From contig JBFYXW010000063.1 of the NCBI GenBank assembly GCA_041310335.1, forward strand, positions 7,079 to 71,078: a stretch of DNA of 64,000 bases. The letters are read 5' to 3'. Both the position numbers and the translations under genes were made by a program. This document shows, one piece after another, positions 60,865 through 64,000 of this stretch (the stretch's first letter is position 1; each line of letters opens with the position of its first letter). Source of the stretch: Syntrophaceae bacterium. GTDB lineage: Bacteria > Desulfobacterota > Syntrophia > Syntrophales > PHBD01. The notes beneath the pieces were generated by a model. It was given only the letters and a program-made list of their open reading frames with translations. It was not told the origin of the DNA and did no database searches.

Positions 60865-62231
60865 AAAGAGAACACATCCTGATCGTGGACGACGACCGGG
60901 CCCACCGGACCATGCTCCGGACCCTCCTGGGCGGCTGGGGATATGCCGTCAGCGAGGCCGACGACGGCGGTGCCGCCGTTGCCGCCGTCCGGGAGGGCCC
61001 CTTCGACCTGATTCTCATGGACATCCGGATGATCAAGGTCTCGGGCCTGGAGGCCCTGGCGGAGATCAAGGCCTTCAACCCCGCCATCCCGGTGATCCTC
61101 ATGACCGCATACGCCTCCGTGGAAACCGCCGTCTTGGCCCTCAAGAAGGGCGCCTACGACTACCTCACGAAACCCCTGGATTTCGACGAACTGAAACTCA
61201 CTATCCAGCGGGCCATGGAACACCTTCGCCTGGCCGAGGAGAACCGGCTCCTCCGGGAAAGCCTCGAGAGCCGGTTCGACCGCACAAACATCCTGGGACA
61301 TTCCGCCGCCATGACCCGGCTCCTGGAAACGGTCGCCCAGATCGCCCCCACGGAGGCGACGGTCCTCGTCACGGGGGAATCCGGAACGGGCAAGGAGCTG
61401 ATTGCCGGGGCGATCCACTACGGAAGCCTGCGGAAGGACGGCCCCTTCGTCAAGATCAACTGCGCCGCCCTGACGGAAAGCCTTCTGGAGTCGGAACTCT
61501 TCGGACACGAGAAGGGGTCCTTTACCGGGGCGGACCGGCGCAAGGAGGGAAAGTTCCGCCAGGCCGACGGGGGCTCCCTCTTCCTCGACGAGGTGAGCGA
61601 AATGTCCCTGGGCATGCAGGTGAAGCTCCTCCGGGCCCTCCAGGAGCGGGAGATCACGCGCGTGGGGGGGAGCGACGTCCTCCGGGTGGACGTGCGGATC
61701 ATCGCCGCCACCAACAAGGACCTGCTCCAGGAGACGGGCCAGGGCCGCTTCCGGGAGGACCTTTACTACCGCCTGAACGTGGTCAACCTCACCATGCCGC
61801 CCCTCCGGGAACGCCGGGAGGACGTCCCGCTCCTGGCCCAGCATTTCCTGGCCCTCTTTGCGGAGAGGAACCGGAAGGACATCAAGGGATTCACGCCCCG
61901 GGCCATGGACCGCCTGCTCCGGCACCCCTGGCCGGGGAACGTGCGGGAACTCATGAACGCCGTCGAGCGGGGCGTGGTCCTGGCGAGGTCGGAGTGGCTC
62001 GGCGAGGAGGAACTGGCCCTGACCTTCCCCGACGGCCCTCCCGGCGCAGCGGCGGAGCCGCCGCCGGAGCCGGCGCTTGCCGTTGAGGGGACATCCCTGG
62101 ACGAACTGGAGCGGGCCGCCATCCTGAAGACGCTCGAAGGAGTGGGCGGAAACAAGAGCGAGGCGGCCCGCCGGCTGGGCATCACGCGCCGGACCCTTCA
62201 CAAGAAACTCAAGCAGTACGGATTGATGTAG
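60861..62231 (+). CDS. Sigma-54-dependent response regulator (REC + AAA+ + Fis HTH; ZraR/AtoC/NtrC family)
   Basis: ILIVDDD...DLILMDIRM (REC), Walker A GESGTGKE, a GAFTGA-variant GSFTGA, the R-finger region ELMNAVERG, and the C-terminal HTH NKSEAARRLGITRRTLHKKLKQYG. ATGA overlap with the kinase. Confidence 0.9.
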   Translation: MKREHILIVDDDRAHRTMLRTLLGGWGYAVSEADDGGAAVAAVREGPFDLILMDIRMIKVSGLEALAEIKAFNPAIPVILMTAYASVETAVLALKKGAYDYLTKPLDFDELKLTIQRAMEHLRLAEENRLLRESLESRFDRTNILGHSAAMTRLLETVAQIAPTEATVLVTGESGTGKELIAGAIHYGSLRKDGPFVKINCAALTESLLESELFGHEKGSFTGADRRKEGKFRQADGGSLFLDEVSEMSLGMQVKLLRALQEREITRVGGSDVLRVDVRIIAATNKDLLQETGQGRFREDLYYRLNVVNLTMPPLRERREDVPLLAQHFLALFAERNRKDIKGFTPRAMDRLLRHPWPGNVRELMNAVERGVVLARSEWLGEEELALTFPDGPPGAAAEPPPEPALAVEGTSLDELERAAILKTLEGVGGNKSEAARRLGITRRTLHKKLKQYGLM

Positions 62232-62239
62232 GGGGGGCG

Positions 62240-63031
62240 ATGAAGGTCCTGGTTTGCATCAAGCAGGTCCCGGACGACGACGCCCCGGTCGCGCCGGACG
62301 CGGGGGGGACACGCTGGAGGGCACTGGAGGGAACGGACTGGCGGATCAACCGCTACGACGAACACGCCCTGGAGGAGGCCCTGCGGATCCGGGAAGCCGT
62401 CCCGGGCACCCGGATCGACGCCGTCTCCGCCGGTCCCCCGCGGGTCCGGGCCGCCCTGCGGCGGGCCCTGGAGATGGGCGCCGACGAGGGAATCCACATC
62501 TTGCGGGAAGACGACCGGAACCCGATGCCCTCCGAAACGTCGGCCCTCCTGGCCGCCTGGGCGGGAGGCCGGGACTACGACCTGATCCTGGCGGGGACCC
62601 TCTCGGAGGACGACATGCACGGTCAGACGGGTCCCATGCTGGCGGCCCGTCTCGACTGGCCCTGGGCCACCTCGGTGATCCGCCTGGACGCCCGCCCGGA
62701 GGCGGAAACCGGCGCGAAAGGGCCGTCCATCCTCGTGGAAAGGGAAATGGAGGGAGGGAAACGGGAGATCCTGGCGATCCGCCTCCCGGCGCTCGTCGCG
62801 GTCCAGACGGGGATCAACCGCCCCCGCTATCCGGCTCTGTCCCACGTCCTCCGGGCCCGCTCCCAGGTGCTGGTGGAGGTCCCGGAAGACGCGCTCCCCG
62901 CCCCGGAGATCCGGGAACGCCCCCTCCGGGTGTCGCCCCCGCCGGCGGCCTCGTGCCGCTTCCTGGAAGGGACCCCGGAGGAAAAGGCCCGGGAACTCCT
63001 CCGGATCCTCCACGACCGTTCCCTGCTCTGA
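62240..63031 (+). CDS. etfB: Electron transfer flavoprotein, beta subunit (no adjacent alpha subunit)
   Basis: MKVLVCIKQVPD, INRYDEHALEEALRIRE, GADEGIHI, DLILAG..SEDDMHGQTGPMLAARLDWP and LPALVAV. It begins 9 nt after the response-regulator stop. Confidence 0.85.
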   Translation: MKVLVCIKQVPDDDAPVAPDAGGTRWRALEGTDWRINRYDEHALEEALRIREAVPGTRIDAVSAGPPRVRAALRRALEMGADEGIHILREDDRNPMPSETSALLAAWAGGRDYDLILAGTLSEDDMHGQTGPMLAARLDWPWATSVIRLDARPEAETGAKGPSILVEREMEGGKREILAIRLPALVAVQTGINRPRYPALSHVLRARSQVLVEVPEDALPAPEIRERPLRVSPPPAASCRFLEGTPEEKARELLRILHDRSLL

Positions 63032-63107
63032 GGCGTTCCTCCGGGCCTGCAAGGACCCCCGGCCAGCGGGCGGCTGCCGTCGGCGGTCACCCGCGGTCCT
63101 CGCACTC

Positions 63108-63404
63108 CTACCGGTTGAAGAGGGCCTTCTCCTCCTCCTCGGTCCGCTCCCGGACCTCGGAACGCCACGGATTGCAGTAGGACCGGCACCCAAGCCCCGC
63201 CTGGAGTTGCTCCCGGATAAAGTGGGACATGCCCCCGGGTTCCACCATCAAGCCGCAGATGTAGCGCTTTCCGTTCCACTTCAGTTCCGGGCAGCGGCGG
63301 TCCGGGTTCCCCGGGTGCCGGTGCAGGCCGAAGGTGCAGGTTTGTCGGATGCAGCAATAGCCGCATCCGACGCAATCGTGGCGGTTCGATTCCTCCCGCA
63401 TCAT
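63108..63404 (-). CDS. YkgJ-like cysteine-cluster protein (CxxCGxCC motif)
   Basis: HDCVGCGYCCIRQTCTF...RCPEL...YICGL...GCRSYC. The CxxCGxCC start resembles the YkgJ/UPF0153 family. Start trimmed to MMREESN (ATG 63404). Confidence 0.5.
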   Translation of the reverse strand: MMREESNRHDCVGCGYCCIRQTCTFGLHRHPGNPDRRCPELKWNGKRYICGLMVEPGGMSHFIREQLQAGLGCRSYCNPWRSEVRERTEEEEKALFNR

Positions 63405-63576
63405 GAGCGACGGCCTCCCGGTTCCCCGAAGGGGGCGAAACGCCCGCACCATACGGCATCGGCGGCGGGCCTGTCAAAGAAAACCGCCGCCCCCGGGGGG
63501 GCGGCCGAATTCCGTTGACGGGAAAAACGGAAAAGTGATAGGCCTGCCCCGAATTGTCCGGACCAGGGAGAGCGCC

Positions 63577-64000
63577 ATGTTTCTGAAACAGATGCAGGTC
63601 GGAATGATGGCCGTCTTCGCCTACATCGTGGGCGACCCGGAGACGGGGGAGGGGCTCGTCATCGATCCGGCGGCGAATGCCGCGGGCATCCTCGACGAAG
63701 CCGGCCGGCCGGGCCTCACGATCCGGTACATCGTGAACACCCACGGCCACGTGGACCACATCTCGGGCAACCTGGACATGAAGAAGAAGACCGGCGCCCA
63801 GGTGGTGATCCACGAGGCCGACGCGGACATGCTGACCTCCACGCCGGCGATGATGCTCGCCATGTTCCGGGCCCAGAAGTCCCCCGCCGCGGACCTCACC
63901 GTGAAGGACGGTGACGCGATCACGGTGGGCGGCGTGTCGCTCCGGGTCATCCACACCCCGGGCCACACCCCCGGGGGAATGGCCCTCTACACGGAGGGAT
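63577..64000 (+). CDS. MBL-fold metallo-hydrolase (glyoxalase II-like), 5' part; runs off the right edge
   Basis: Absent from the track because there is no stop. My translation from ATG 63577 (AGGGAGAG RBS) reads MFLKQMQVGMMAVFAYIVGDPETGEGLVIDPA...YIVNTHGHVDHISGN...LRVIHTPGHTPGG, with the canonical HxHxDH motif. Confidence 0.8.
   Translation, partial: MFLKQMQVGMMAVFAYIVGDPETGEGLVIDPAANAAGILDEAGRPGLTIRYIVNTHGHVDHISGNLDMKKKTGAQVVIHEADADMLTSTPAMMLAMFRAQKSPAADLTVKDGDAITVGGVSLRVIHTPGHTPGGMALYTEG

Noticed and set aside
63470-63520. GC hairpin (GCCGCCCCC/GGGGGCGGC) plus TTGACG upstream of the MBL-fold gene, as a terminator or promoter
   Set aside because: The loop is only about 2-4 nt. The A/T tract is on the wrong side for the neighbouring genes, and the candidate -10 (GATAGG) is poor.

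Overview
High-GC (roughly 65% by eye) chromosomal window. The gene content looks like an anaerobic, deltaproteobacterium-like (Syntrophales/Desulfobacterota-type) organism, but that is inference only. I support about 55 real CDS and one tRNA. Most of the very long ORFs in the track are antisense or out-of-frame shadows of real genes, a high-GC artefact.

Layout:
- 1-10.1 kb: envelope-glycan decoration locus. It holds an MBOAT, an SxtI/K/J-like carbamoyl module, two SGNH hydrolases, a methyltransferase, a CgeB-like GT, a secreted MetX-like hydrolase and a Vat acetyltransferase.
- 10.2-11.8 kb: folD and a Cys-less redoxin.
- 11.9-22.7 kb: TetR-controlled beta-oxidation operon with three acyl-CoA ligases, a thiolase, an HSD10-type SDR, an Amacr-like racemase and an ACAD.
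- 23.1-26.2 kb: PagL-like OMP, and a small operon ending in an orphan etfA.
- 26.6-35.8 kb: MtnA-family isomerase, pyrG, a 1248-aa GlmS-like giant, an LbH protein, a Fis-like protein and moaC.
- 35.9-39.7 kb: comM, ilvE, an AT-rich structured spacer and lolA.
- 39.7-47.4 kb: glycogen cluster with a GT3-GT35 synthase/phosphorylase fusion.
- 47.5-50.9 kb: tRNA-Leu(CAG), ribF, nfi, a DUF3047-like gene and pyrE.
- 50.9-58.1 kb: tonB-like gene, split metH, leuBDC.
- 58.2-63.0 kb: ZraP/ZraS/ZraR-like envelope-stress module with a textbook sigma-54 promoter and UAS, followed by an orphan etfB.

I saw no CRISPR array, transposase, integrase, phage gene or recognisable defence gene.

The best candidates for something undescribed:
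- the SxtIJK-like decoration locus;
- the GlmS-like giant with its LbH partner;
- a roughly 125-bp structured repeat found 5' of two unrelated genes, with compensatory base-pair changes;
- a TCCATCG/CGATGGA operator motif that links tetR, the etfA operon and that repeat;
- the split MetH with an intercalated unknown ORF.

All family assignments come from motif recognition by eye. No database search was run.
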